DNA of 64,000 bases, taken from the NCBI RefSeq assembly GCF_039654945.1, contig NW_027361686.1, positions 806,001-870,000 of the forward strand, written 5' to 3'. Below the pieces are notes generated by a model. That model did no database searches, was not told the DNA's origin, and saw only the letters and a list, made by a program, of their open reading frames with translations. The position numbers and the translations under genes were made by a program. Source of the DNA: Dendrobates tinctorius (lineage: Eukaryota). The stretch's first letter is position 1. Each line of letters begins with the position of its first letter. Below, in pieces: positions 1 to 11,377 of the stretch.

Positions 1-289
1 GCTTTCTTTGTGTCAATAAAATTTATTTTCGCATATATATTTTTTCTTGAAATATTTCAATTATTATTGTTGGGTTGATCACCCATTTATACACACATCT
101 TTCTCTGGGTTGCTATGTCTATGCTTATGTGTGTGGTTGATGATCCCCATCTGAGAGTTAAAATCCATTAGTGCCCTCAAGTTTCTTGCTTTACTGTGCT
201 GGACCCCGTTCCATATGCCACAGCTTATGTCTGTCTGTTCAGTATTGCTTGTCCCCTGTTATATCAGTATCTTTTGTTTTGCTTCCAGT

Positions 290-747
290 TCACACCAGAA
301 TTCTGATCTAGTGGGGGGAGGTCATGTGGCCTCAGTATTTTTGCATATCAGACATGTTGGATTTTTTTCTTAGGGTTTTTTGCGTGATTGCAGACAGTAT
401 CTTTCCTGTCCTGTGCTATCTAGACAGTTTGGGCCTCATCATTTGCTTACTCTATTTTCTGCTTGTGTCTGTGCTTCATCTTGTCTCACCGGCAATATAT
501 GTTTGGGGGCTACCTATTCCTTTGGGGTTCTACTCCGGGGCAGTTAGCTTTCCCCTTTCTTGCTTTAGGCTTAGTTAACTCTTTGGCTGTGCCGAGGTGT
601 CTAGGGCATCGTAGGTACGTCCCACGGCTAATTCTAGTTGTGTTGTTAGTTTTAGGGGTCTGCAATCCGCTAAGTTACCAACCTTTCTGGTTTTCTGGTT
701 GCCTAGCTAATTCCTCGGCTATCCTCCTCGGTGACCTAATCATAACA
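290..747 (+). mobile_element. 3' part of a Ty3/Gypsy LTR (left boundary uncertain), related to the LTR at ~59380-60106
   Basis: Collinear similarity with 59690-60106 (e.g. gtctagggcatcgtagg, ggggtctgcaatccg); both end ...cataACA. Confidence 0.75.
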
Positions 748-3085
748 GCCATGAGTCTGGACGGCATATTCCTCACCCTGATCCTCCCTCCTCAAACCAT
801 GCCGAGTGCCCGGAGACAACTGATCCTACACTTGGACACTCTAACGAGCTGTTCACTTTTCCATTTAGGGTAAGTGCACACGCTGTGGATTGCTCTGCGG
901 ATTTGGCCGCATGGATTTTGTAAAATCCGCAGGTAAATCTGCAGGTCAAAAGACCTGCGGTTTTACCTGCGGATTGGCCTGCGGTTTTGCCCTGCGGTTT
1001 TTCATCTCCACAATGGAGGAGATGGCAAACCGCAGCGGTATCCGCAGAAAGAATTGACATGTCAATTCTTTCTGCGGTTTTGAAACCGCGGAAAAATCTG
1101 CACCATCTGCACTGCGGTTTTTAATATCCATAGGATATTATGGTACTGTACACCGCAGCAAAAACTGCTGCGGATACGCAGCGGCCGAATCCGCTGCGGA
1201 ACCGCAGCAGAATCCGCAGCGTGTGCACACACCCTTATAGATTCGGGCCTCTAGCCCGGTCCACTTGAAGCGGGGCAAGATGAGATTGCATTAAGCGATG
1301 CCCAAATATTTGAGCAGCCATGGTCAAATGAGGCAACTGTGGGAACGTGTCACAACAGGTGTACGAGGATGAGACAGAATTGCCAGAAAGTCAAGAGGAG
1401 GACAAGGGTGCGGAAGTGGAAGTCGAGGTGGTGTATGATATAGTAATTCACCCAACCTGGCAGGAGGACATGCAGAGTGAGGACAGTAGCACGCAGGGGG
1501 AGGGAGGGATAGCACCCCAACAGGCAGGAAGAAGCAGTGTGATGGCCGCAGAAAGAAGGCGGGCAACTGTTCCTTGCAACACCTACACAACAGAAGTTGT
1601 CAGTACAACAGTTAGGTCTTCCCGAGTCTGGTTGCTTTTTAAAGACTCTGCCGATGACCCCAAACAGGCCATTAGTGCCACCTGCCATGCCCGCATCGGT
1701 AGGGGTAGCAAAAATACCAGCCTGACCACCATCATCATGATCAGGCACATGGCAGCAAAGCACCGACTTTGTGGGCTGAACCCTAGGGTCCAGGAACAGG
1801 ATCTGTGGCTGACAACACTGCTTCTTCCACTGTTGTGCATGGAAGCCCATCCCCTGTCCATGCTGCTTGCGAAGATACCTCCTGCCTGCACCTGTCGTTG
1901 CACACTCAAATACAACCATCATCAAGCACGTTCACGTTCTTGTCCCAGTGCAGCGTTCAGTTGAATATACCCCAGTACTTGGAACACAAGCGTAAATATG
2001 CAGCCAATGCCCCACAGGCCACAGTATTAAATTCACACATTTCTCGTCTGCTTGCGCTCAAAATGTTGCCTCTTAGGCTCATGGTGACAGAAGCTTTCTG
2101 CAACCTGATGGCGACGGCCGTCCCAAGGTACTCAGTCCTCAGCTACCACTGTTTCTCCCGATGTGCTGTCCCAGCATTAAGCAAGCATGTGTCCCACATT
2201 ATCCGTGCCCTCAAAAATGCTGTTACTGGGAAAGTCCACCTAACCATGGACACGTGGACAAGTGTTTGTGGGCAGGGACCGTAGATCACACTGACGGCAC
2301 ACTGGGCTAACATAGTGGAAGCCGAGACCCAGTTGGACCTTGGGATGGAACACATCCTCCAAACTCTGAGGATTGCGGGCCCTACATCAATCAGCGTTGC
2401 ACCCACACTCTATAGCTCCTGCACCTCTTCCTCCTCATCCCCAAATTCGAAATGACCACATCAGTCAGAAGCTGGAAGCACTGCAGCACTGCCTCAGCCA
2501 AGCGTCAACAGTCTGTGCTGAAGCTAATCTGCTTAGGTGACAAACTGCACAATGCTGAAGAGTTGTGAACAACTCTAAAAGAGCAGGCAGATCTGAGGCT
2601 GACACCGCTGAACCTACAGCCAGGCATGGTTGTGTGTGACAATGGCCCAAACCTGGTGGAGGCTCTGAGGCAAGCTCACACATGTACCATGCCTGGCACA
2701 TTTGCTTCACCTCATTGTGCAACGATTTCTCAAAAGCTACCCGGAGCTGCTGGATCTGCTTGTAAAAGTACACCGCCTGTGTGTCCATTTTAGAAAGTTA
2801 GCTACAGCTTCCGCAACCCTTGCCATGCTTCAGCAGCGTTTGCAGCTTCCGGCTCATCGACTGGTGTGTGATGTCCCCACGCGTTGGAACTCTACACTAC
2901 ATATGTTGGAAAGAATTTGTGAGCAGAAGAGGGAAGTTGTTGACTACCAGCATCAACAAGGCCGTTGGTATTCAGTTCAGACTCCACACATAAGACCTCA
3001 GGAGTGGACATGGACGTCAGACATATGTACCATCCTCCAAAACTTTAGTGAGCAGCGATGATGCCATAATTAGAGTCATCATCCC
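748..3085 (+). pseudogene. hAT (Ac/ZBED-like) transposase, N-terminal and catalytic part, frameshifted
   Basis: Degenerate BED finger (VWLLF...TCHARI...MIRHMAAKH), then VHLTMDTWTS, HVPCLAH and CDVPTRWNSTLHML motifs in ORFs 1347-1964, 1805-2284 and 2702-3061. Confidence 0.9.
868..1234. mobile_element. PIF/Harbinger-type MITE
   Basis: TIRs GGGTAAGTGCACACGC / GCGTGTGCACACACCC, TTA duplication at 865-867 and 1235-1237, internal ccgcag/ctgcgg repeats. Confidence 0.85.
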
Positions 3086-6015
3086 AGCTGTCAGCTGCTC
3101 CTGTACATAGGTAACGCGGCCATTGCCGCGACTAGCAGCTCTCCCTGGCTTCCCCATCAGCCTGCCATGGCAGTTCCAGACCCCCACTACCACACATGCA
3201 GAGCGGGGAAGGACGCACAAAAGCATCTGTCCACGGCCGCAGCGGTGGTGGTGTATGGCCCCACTCACTACAATCAGAGACGCTCATCTGCTATTGAAGT
3301 TGGCCCTCCTCCAGAGACAGCACCGCCTTATCTGATCCTCCCGGTTACTGACTGCAGTGACCCCAAAGCCCCGTCATGAAAAAGAAACAAGCTCCCGCAA
3401 TCCTAGGTGCCCGATGCATCCACCCACGGCAGCGACAAAGAAAGAGTGCGGTCCGGTTCACTTCCATTGGAGGCGTCCGCCTGCTGCAGGCGGCCCTCTT
3501 CTGAGATACTGCGACACGGCTGACGCCATGCCCCACGACTCCCAGCGGCTCCATCCGGCCCTCCCGGAAGGTGAAGTGTCAGCTCTGACATCAACGGCCA
3601 CACTGTAGAGGAGGCGAGCTCGCTGCAGCCCCAAGCACCCAGTGACATCCGCAAGCAACAAAGGAACACGGCCCGGTCAGCTTCCGTCGGAGTCGTCCAC
3701 TAACAGCAGCACCTGCCGCGTGGCCCAGAGTCAGGAGGACTACATCTTCAGCAGCGGTAAGGAGGGAACAGAAGCGCTGTGCCTCGGGTACCCCAGGTCA
3801 TCGGGGCTAGGAAAGCCACTCACAGCTGTTACAGCGGGGTTGATTGCAGCTCCTCCTTTATCTTTTCACATAAGCACCAGCAGCCGGCTATTAGAAGCGG
3901 GAGGGGAAGGAGGAGAAAATTCCCCTGCAGCAATACGCCCTTAAAAGGCACTCTGCATTTAGCGTCTCCAGCCTGCCTGTCATCCTCACAGAGGAGGAGC
4001 GGTGCACCTGTACCAGCCGGCTACACTGTCCACAGCGGGGCTGACTGCAGTGACTCCATTGTCTCTTATTGTAAACGCCTGCCACTGGCTGTCAGAAGTA
4101 GGGGGGGTGAGAAAGTCCCCCCTGCAGCAGTACGCATAAAGACTGCCTGTCGCCCTCACAGTGAGAAGGCAGAGATCCCTTGCTCACCGAGTCCATATTC
4201 TAATAACTGCTTCTCTCTACCCCTATATTCCAAACAGTCTACGCTAAGGGGGGATACAAATTAACCCCCCTGAAGTGGGGTAGTTACTGCGGTTCTAATT
4301 TAAAGCTACAGTACCTCATTTTTCCAAAACGGGCTGACTCCGGCGATTCAGTCAAGTACTAACTCCCATTACAAAACACTACTCCTTAGCCGATGTTCCT
4401 GTTGATTTAACCGAACAGTGACTGTCTATAGGCCTTCTCCTATTATATTGCAACTGCAACCCTCATTGTGACGGCTCTATAATTTTTGGTCTCAAGTATC
4501 CAACATCACTTGTTTTTGTATTTTGTTCTTTTTTTGCTCATATAAGCCCACCTGAGGCCCTGCTGTATTACTTTAAGTTTACAGCATCTTTAAAAACTTC
4601 TGCCATTAACCTAACTCTCAAATACAAGGGGCAGAAGTCTCCACCTAATTCAACTAGCCTCTACCAGACACCGTCCTTTAAGTGTCCTCACACTATCTAC
4701 AACCTACATGGGGAGGCAGGTGCTCTTGTGCCTGCCGGTGCTGGAGAACTCTTCCCCACATTATAAAATAGGTGTCTTTATTAAGGTATCTACATTATCT
4801 CTCAATAACAAGGGGTGAGAACCCCCTTGTATAGCAACTCGCCTCTATTGGACACCATCTTGCAATTATCCTCACCCAGCGGCATAGGAAGGGGGGGTGC
4901 GGGCCGCCCCGGGCGGCACAGTGCGGGGGGCGGGCCACCGGTGGTGCAGCAAATTTTTTTTTTCTATTTAATTGAAGTTAGTCCCGGGAGCAAGGGCGCC
5001 TAGTGGGGAGATGTAGGAAGCCGTCCGCTGCGGTCCGCACTCACGCTCCAACTACAATCCGGCTCCTGGGCAGAGAGCTCGTAATCGTCCTGTGACAGGC
5101 GGCCCCGCCCCCCACCGCTCCGCTCTGGCGGTATGAAGGAGCTTGCGGGGAAGTGGGCGGTCCGAACGACGCGGCGGCAGAGTGTGTGAGGCGGGCGGCA
5201 GTTGGCACTTCGGCTCCTTCTTCCTAACTAGTGAGTTCTAGAGTTGCAGGTAAAAAGTGTGCAAATAATGCAGAGGGTGACACAGTGACTAAAAAAGAGA
5301 ATACTCCACATGTTCACTCTACTCTTACTATCTGTAAGGCTAACCAGCAGCGCTGTGTAATTCTTGGTGTGTGTTTAGGGGGTGCACCGTGCAGGAAGCA
5401 GACCTTTACTTTCTGGTATTCTTGTACAGTTCTGAAATTCTGTAATTGTCCTTTTCTGAAAGATTTCTTTATATGGATTTATAAGGTACAAGGGACATAG
5501 AAAAGTCACAAAGGCTGGGTTCACGCTGTTATCTTGGTGTACGTTTTAGGCTATAAAAAATGCATAGGTTTCTGTACACAGAGATTAAAGGGGTATTCCC
5601 AGCAGAAAGGATCAGTCTCCATCCTGTCTGCTCCGGCAAACGGCAAGTCAGGTTACTTCCGGTTTGCCATGTGTCAGATGCGGCTAAAGCCACGACGTGG
5701 TCTGACACAGCGCATTCATTCAGAAATGCGAGTGGCAGGCTCCAACTCCTTTACAGCGTACAGGCTTTACCAAGTACTCTGCTGCCGGGCCGATAGGTCA
5801 TTTGGTGGGAGGGCTAGGGCTGGACTATGTGTAGCAGCACCCAGACGTAGGCAGAAAGTGGCGTCATTCTGGGAATGCTGGAGTCAGTGTCTGCAACCAG
5901 TCCCGCTCTCTTGCCGGCTGCAGGAGTGCCATCTTGGTGGCCTGGGCACTGGCACTGCCCGGGCCCCGGTCTGACCTTACTTTGTTTTTTTGTTATTTTG
6001 TTAGGCTTAGATAAA

Positions 6016-8591
6016 ATGAAGCGAAGAAAAGAAAGTGGTGCAATGTTTAGAAAAAAGAAAAAGGCTAAGGCGGAAGAATTGAAAAAAAATGAAGGTGCAC
6101 TTCTAAAATATCACAGCCGCGATACCACTACTCCTGTTGCTGAGGAGATTCCTAAATTCACAGCATTAGACACAAGTGCTCCTTCAACTTCAGGAACCAA
6201 TGAGGAGTGTGATGACCAAAACATTGACCCAAGTGCTCCTTCAACTTCAGGAACCAATGAGGAGAGTGATGACCAAAACATGGATACAAGTGCTCCTTCA
6301 ACTTCAAGAAGCAATGAGGAGTGTGATCAAAATATTCCTGCTATTGACTTAAAAGATGTTGGTCTTTGGCCAAGTAAAATTAATAATGATACAAGGATCT
6401 TACTAGTATGTCAAGGTGCATCAGTGGTTCAGCATCTAGACTCAGACTTTGCTGAAGTGGTTCGTGAGGGTGTATCAATCAAAGGACAAAACAGAAAACT
6501 TAAACGCAACTGGTTTTTTAAAACTCTGCCAAATAATGAAAAAATGTTGAGGTCATGGTTGCTGTACTCTCCTTCCAAAAAAGCCCTTTACTGCTTTTGT
6601 TGCAGACTATTTGCAGATGCAGAAACAAGTCAGTCTAATTTTGATTCACTGAATGGATTCAACACATGGTGGAAACTTAATCCTAAAGTATACAACCATG
6701 AATCTAGTGTGGCCCATGTAGAATGTTTCACAAAATGGAAGGAGTTGGAAATTAGACTCCAACGTGGCGTTAACAATTGATAAAAAAGTACAGGAAGAAG
6801 TAGAAAATAATGTGAAGAAGTGGAGGGAGATACTTTCAAGATTGTTGTATATCATTAGATTCCTAGCTAAACAAAATTTGGCTTTACGGGGTCACAGAGA
6901 AGTAATTCATCATGAGACTGATTACGAACCTGAATCAACTGGCAATAAGGGAAATTTTTTAGAATTAGTTCATTTGTTGGCGAAATATGATCCAGTGCTA
7001 CGTGAATATTCTAAGAATCAAGTTGGGAAAAAAGTTTGCTACATCATATTTGTCTCCTACAATTCAGAATGAGTTTATAGAAATTTTGGGGGGGAAAGTA
7101 AGAAGCAAAGTTGAGGAGCAAGTAAAATTAGCAAAGTATTTCTCTATGATATTTGACAGCACCCCTGATATTTCTCATAAGGATCAAATGTGCCAAGTTT
7201 TACGCTACGTTATGATCAATGGAACTGAAGTGAAGGTTGTGGAATCATTTGTTGATTTCATTGAAATAAAAGGTAAAACTTCAGAGAGTATTTCAACTAT
7301 GATTTTGCAACAATTAGAAAAATACGGAGTTGACATCCAAAATTGTACAGGACAAGCATATGATAATGCTGCTGTAATGGCTGGTCAACATACTGGCGTT
7401 CAGAGACGCATCAAGGAAATAAACAAAAAAGCTGAATTTGTTGCATGTACAAATCACTCTCTGAATTTGGAAGGTGTACATGCAGCTTCTGTTGCACTGA
7501 GTTCGGTTACATTTTTTGGAACTGTGGAGCGTTTGTTCACATTTTTTTCTTCTTCCACCCATCGCTGGGATGTTCTGATTTCAGTCACTGGTCAAAGTGT
7601 CAAGCGTGTATTAGAAACTCGGTGGAGTGCACGGGGAGATGCTGTGAGTGCAGTAAAAAAAAATTACTCCAAAATTTTACAGGCTGTAGAACATTTAACT
7701 GAAGAAGAAAATAGAGTTACCAGGTCATATGCTGGCGTGTTGCTTGTTGCATTACAATCTTTTTCCTTCCTGTGCTTTCTTGGCCTGTGGGCTCTGTGCT
7801 TAAAGAAATTAATGACACACAGGTCTACCTACAGACCAAAGGATTAAATATCCAACAATGTGACACAAAACTTGGAGCATTAAAAGCATTTTTAACTGAA
7901 AACAGAGAGGAATTAGTTAAGCATTCAGTAGCTTATGCAAAAGAAATTTGTGAAGATTTGGGAATAGATATGGATCGCCGCTCTAGAAAGAAGAAAAGGA
8001 TGGCAGGTGAAGAATCACAAGACGCTGAATTGCCGTATGAAATGGAGTTGATGAGAGAAATGTACCTTTCGTTGGACAGAGTGATCCAGGAGATCACAAC
8101 AAGATTTAAACAGCTTCATGCTCTTGCTGAAAAATATGCCTTCCTTACTCCATCACACCTTTTGGACGAGAAGTATGAGCGTCAGCTAAATCAAGATCAC
8201 GATGATATTAATAAGGAAGAGATCCTCATTGAGAGAAAAAGGCTTAAGTTTTCTTTCTGTTGCTGTTACACAAGACAAAAAAGAGACATGGAAGGAGGAC
8301 AGTCCCCTTGAACTGTTGCAGTTTATTGTAAAATATAGTCTAGAGAACTCAGTTCCAAATATTGTGATACCCCTTCGAATTTTTCTCACTATTGCTATAA
8401 GTGTTGCTACTTGTGAGAGGAGTTTTTCTAAGTTAAAGCTGATTAAAAATTACCTCAGATCCACAATGAGCGCCATGCGTTTAGGAAATATGGCCATTCT
8501 GTCTATTGAACATCAGCTGAGTGAAAAAATAGACTTTGATGATGTTGTCAACGATTTTGCAAACAGAAAGGCATGAAAAGTAAGATTCTAG
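6016..8591 (+). pseudogene. hAT transposase (TTF-type zinc finger, DUF4371-like, hATC dimerisation domain), several frameshifts
   Basis: WLLYSPSKKALYCFCCRLF; FLAKQNLALRGH...GNFLEL; FDSTPDISH; GQAYDNAAVMAG; ETRWS; CERSFSKLKLIKNYLRSTM; AATAAA at ~8647. Confidence 0.93.
6169..6336 (+). repeat. In-frame 60-bp tandem repeat (~3 copies) in the transposase N-terminus
   Basis: D(T/P)SAPSTS(G/R)xNEExDDQN repeated three times. Confidence 0.9.
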
Positions 8592-9285
8592 AACAATTGA
8601 AATCAACTTTACTCCCAAAGTGACAATTTAAAGTTTCAGTTAAACAATAAAGAGTTTTGTTTCTGTGCGTGTTGTCCTGACTTTTTTGGTAACCTTTTTG
8701 TCTATTGAGCCGGGGGGGGTGGCGCCAAATTCGGGAACAGCCCCGGGCGGCAAAAGCTCTAGCTACGCCACTGTCCTCACCCTATCTACTACCTACAGGG
8801 GGGGGGGGGTCGGTGCTCTTGTGCCACATTACTGGCGCGGCAGGTGCTGGAGAACACTTCCCCACATTATAGACCTGGGTATTCCCATTGTACCCACCCT
8901 ATAATAGTCTTGACTAGCTAAGGCTCACAGCTAAACTCTGTATTGCAATAGTGCTGTTTAACACCTGTGACTTGGTTGGGCAATAACTGCCACTGAGAAT
9001 CTCTGTATATCACTTTCCACCTATATTGCGTTAACTTGTCTTTGATTCTACTTACTGGTGACTGCTCTACCCGTTCTTCTGCGAACTGCCTGGAAAGACC
9101 TCCAGAAGATGACAATCTGGGACTGTGAACATCATCACTTACTCTTCTTACTTCGAACATAAAGATCACGTAAGACTCTATTCGTCCTTTTTGTGACTCT
9201 GCACTACCACATTGGTGCTGTATCAGTGCCTTCCGCTCTGTACTTTCTCTCAACAGGTTATCACATTTCATATTCATCCTTCACA

Positions 9286-11093
9286 ATGAGCAACAAGGGT
9301 AACCCTGCCAAAACAAAAATCAACACTACCTCGCCACCCAAACAGCATAAGGGTCATAAAAATAACACCTCAAGGTCTCGCTATCACTCAACTGGGGACT
9401 TGACCAACCTAGTCAGTCCTCCGAGGTCAAGAACCCCCCTGAAAACAATAACAAAAATGGAGAATAGACCATCCAATGTTCCCCCCCTCAGTAACAAATT
9501 CCAATTTAAACTTTCTTCCGCTGAAAATTCAAAACCTCAACAGACAGGGATAGATTCAGAAACTAAAACTCAACTCACTGCTACTCAAAATACTATCCCC
9601 CGGATGATATGGACCATTCTGTCAGCTAAAAGAAAGGGCCCAGGGGTCTGGGGAGATAAATTCTGATGACGAGGAAGAATACAGCAACTCAACCCCTAAC
9701 CCTACTCCGGCAAAAAGCCAAAAAAAGTAGACCCAGCTGAGCCACCTACCTTAAACAATCCAATGACGACGCCTCTAAATAGCACTCCACCCAATGCTAT
9801 TGTTGTTGGTATAGAATCATTCATGCTAAATTTAGTAGATAAAATAAATAACATGAAACAAAGCTTTGAAAATCAAGCAAAACTAATCCTAAGCACATTC
9901 GAACAATTTACCAAAAAATTTGAGGATCTCAAAAAGAATGGATGCTGTGGAGAACGTTTCAGAAGACTCCTCATCTGACATCCAAAATCTTACCCAGGAG
10001 ATCAAAAAAATTAAAGTAAAACTGGCCGATCTTGAAGATCGGAACCGCAGGAACAACATTAAAATCCACGGTATACCTGAAAGCATCTCCCCGGAGTGTC
10101 TCAGGGAACATGTGACAAATATATTCAAAAAAGCCATTCCGGCTCTCTCCAACCTGGAACTCAATATTGATGGAATCCACAGGCTCCCAAGGCCCCAAAA
10201 AATCCATCCAGAAGTCCCAAGGGATACAATATTGCGCCTACACTTCTACGACACAAAGGAGAAAATTCCTGAAAAATAAGAAAAACATTCCCAGAACCCT
10301 TTCAAAACCTTAAGGTCTATGCTGACATATCCAAAGAAACAATGGATTCTAGAAAGGCCTTTATCAACATCACTACCTTTCTAAGGGAAAACAAAATCCC
10401 ATACAGGTGGGGTTGTGAAGTACAGTATTCAGTTGTACAGGACATCTTGTTCTCCAGACCTCCATTTTTGTGCTTGCGATGCCATTTTGTTGTTTTAAGA
10501 TAAATTTTGTAATTAGGTGAAAGTTCGCAGCTTTTATGAAACCAGACTGTTCAAGCTTGAACAAGGTATAAGATATGAGACTCTGAACAATGTGCTATTG
10601 TTCTATTCTCTACGTCACGTAACTAGGGACATTTATGTAGTTTCCGGTTTTCTTGCAATATTATTGGCTTACAAAGTGAAATGATGATATTGGTAGTTGA
10701 GAACTTTGCATAATTAAGCAAAATATTATAAAAGAAGTGACTAAAATAAAGGGGCTTAGTGATCTGCCTGGATCCTCCCGTACAGAGACCCCCATTTCCG
10801 TGTGGTCATTCCCAGTTGCTACCAACGCCCTGTGAATTAATTTGGAAATCACTGCATCAACCGTGAAGGGTTAATTTAGCCCTCCCTAAATAGCTACCTC
10901 GACAGGGTTTCCCCCTAAAATTGCTGGTTTCCCTCAATATGAAAACAATCCCAATCTTCTCCATTGAAGAGAGAGCAAAATTCATTGCCTCTCTAAAAAG
11001 AGAATTCGCCCGAGAGAGGGTATCGTTGATCCATCCACTGATCCAGGCCTTAGGCCTTTGACTGACTCAAAATGGCTTGCCTATCTTTACTAG
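9286..11093 (+). pseudogene. L1 ORF1p (coiled coil plus Transposase_22-type RRM/CTD), frameshifted and split by a solo LTR
   Basis: KLADLEDRNRRNNIKIHGIPE, IHRLPRP...PRDTILRLH; YRWG|FPLKL is restored when 10414-10904 is removed. Confidence 0.88.
10414..10904. mobile_element. Solo LTR inserted in L1 ORF1
   Basis: TGT...ACA termini, 4-bp TSD GGGT (10410-10413, 10905-10908); removal restores the reading frame. Confidence 0.82.
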
Positions 11094-11377
11094 AGGAATT
11101 ACCTCTTTTCCTATATTTGCACTCACCTCCAAGTAAAAGAAATTCTTCTGCTCCACTTTGAAGTGGAATTATTTTTCAGGGTAGATCAGCATAAGTGTTT
11201 TTTCCGCTAGTGTTGTTTAAAGTTGCTGATTCTACCGTTATTAATTCACTCGCTGCACAACTTGATTGGTGTAGCTAAAAATTCTCTGTTCTATTAGTTC
11301 TAATACTCTTACTAAGGTACATTGACTTTATCCTCAAGTGAGACATTCCCATCCCTTTTGTCTTCCTAAAACCAAAC

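Larger units (their letters stand above)
4877..8773 (+). mobile_element. Complete hAT transposon (Tip100/ZMYM1-like group)
   Basis: TIRs CAGCGGCATAG / CTACGCCACTG; perfect 8-bp TSD TCCTCACC at 4869-4876 and 8774-8781. Confidence 0.95.
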
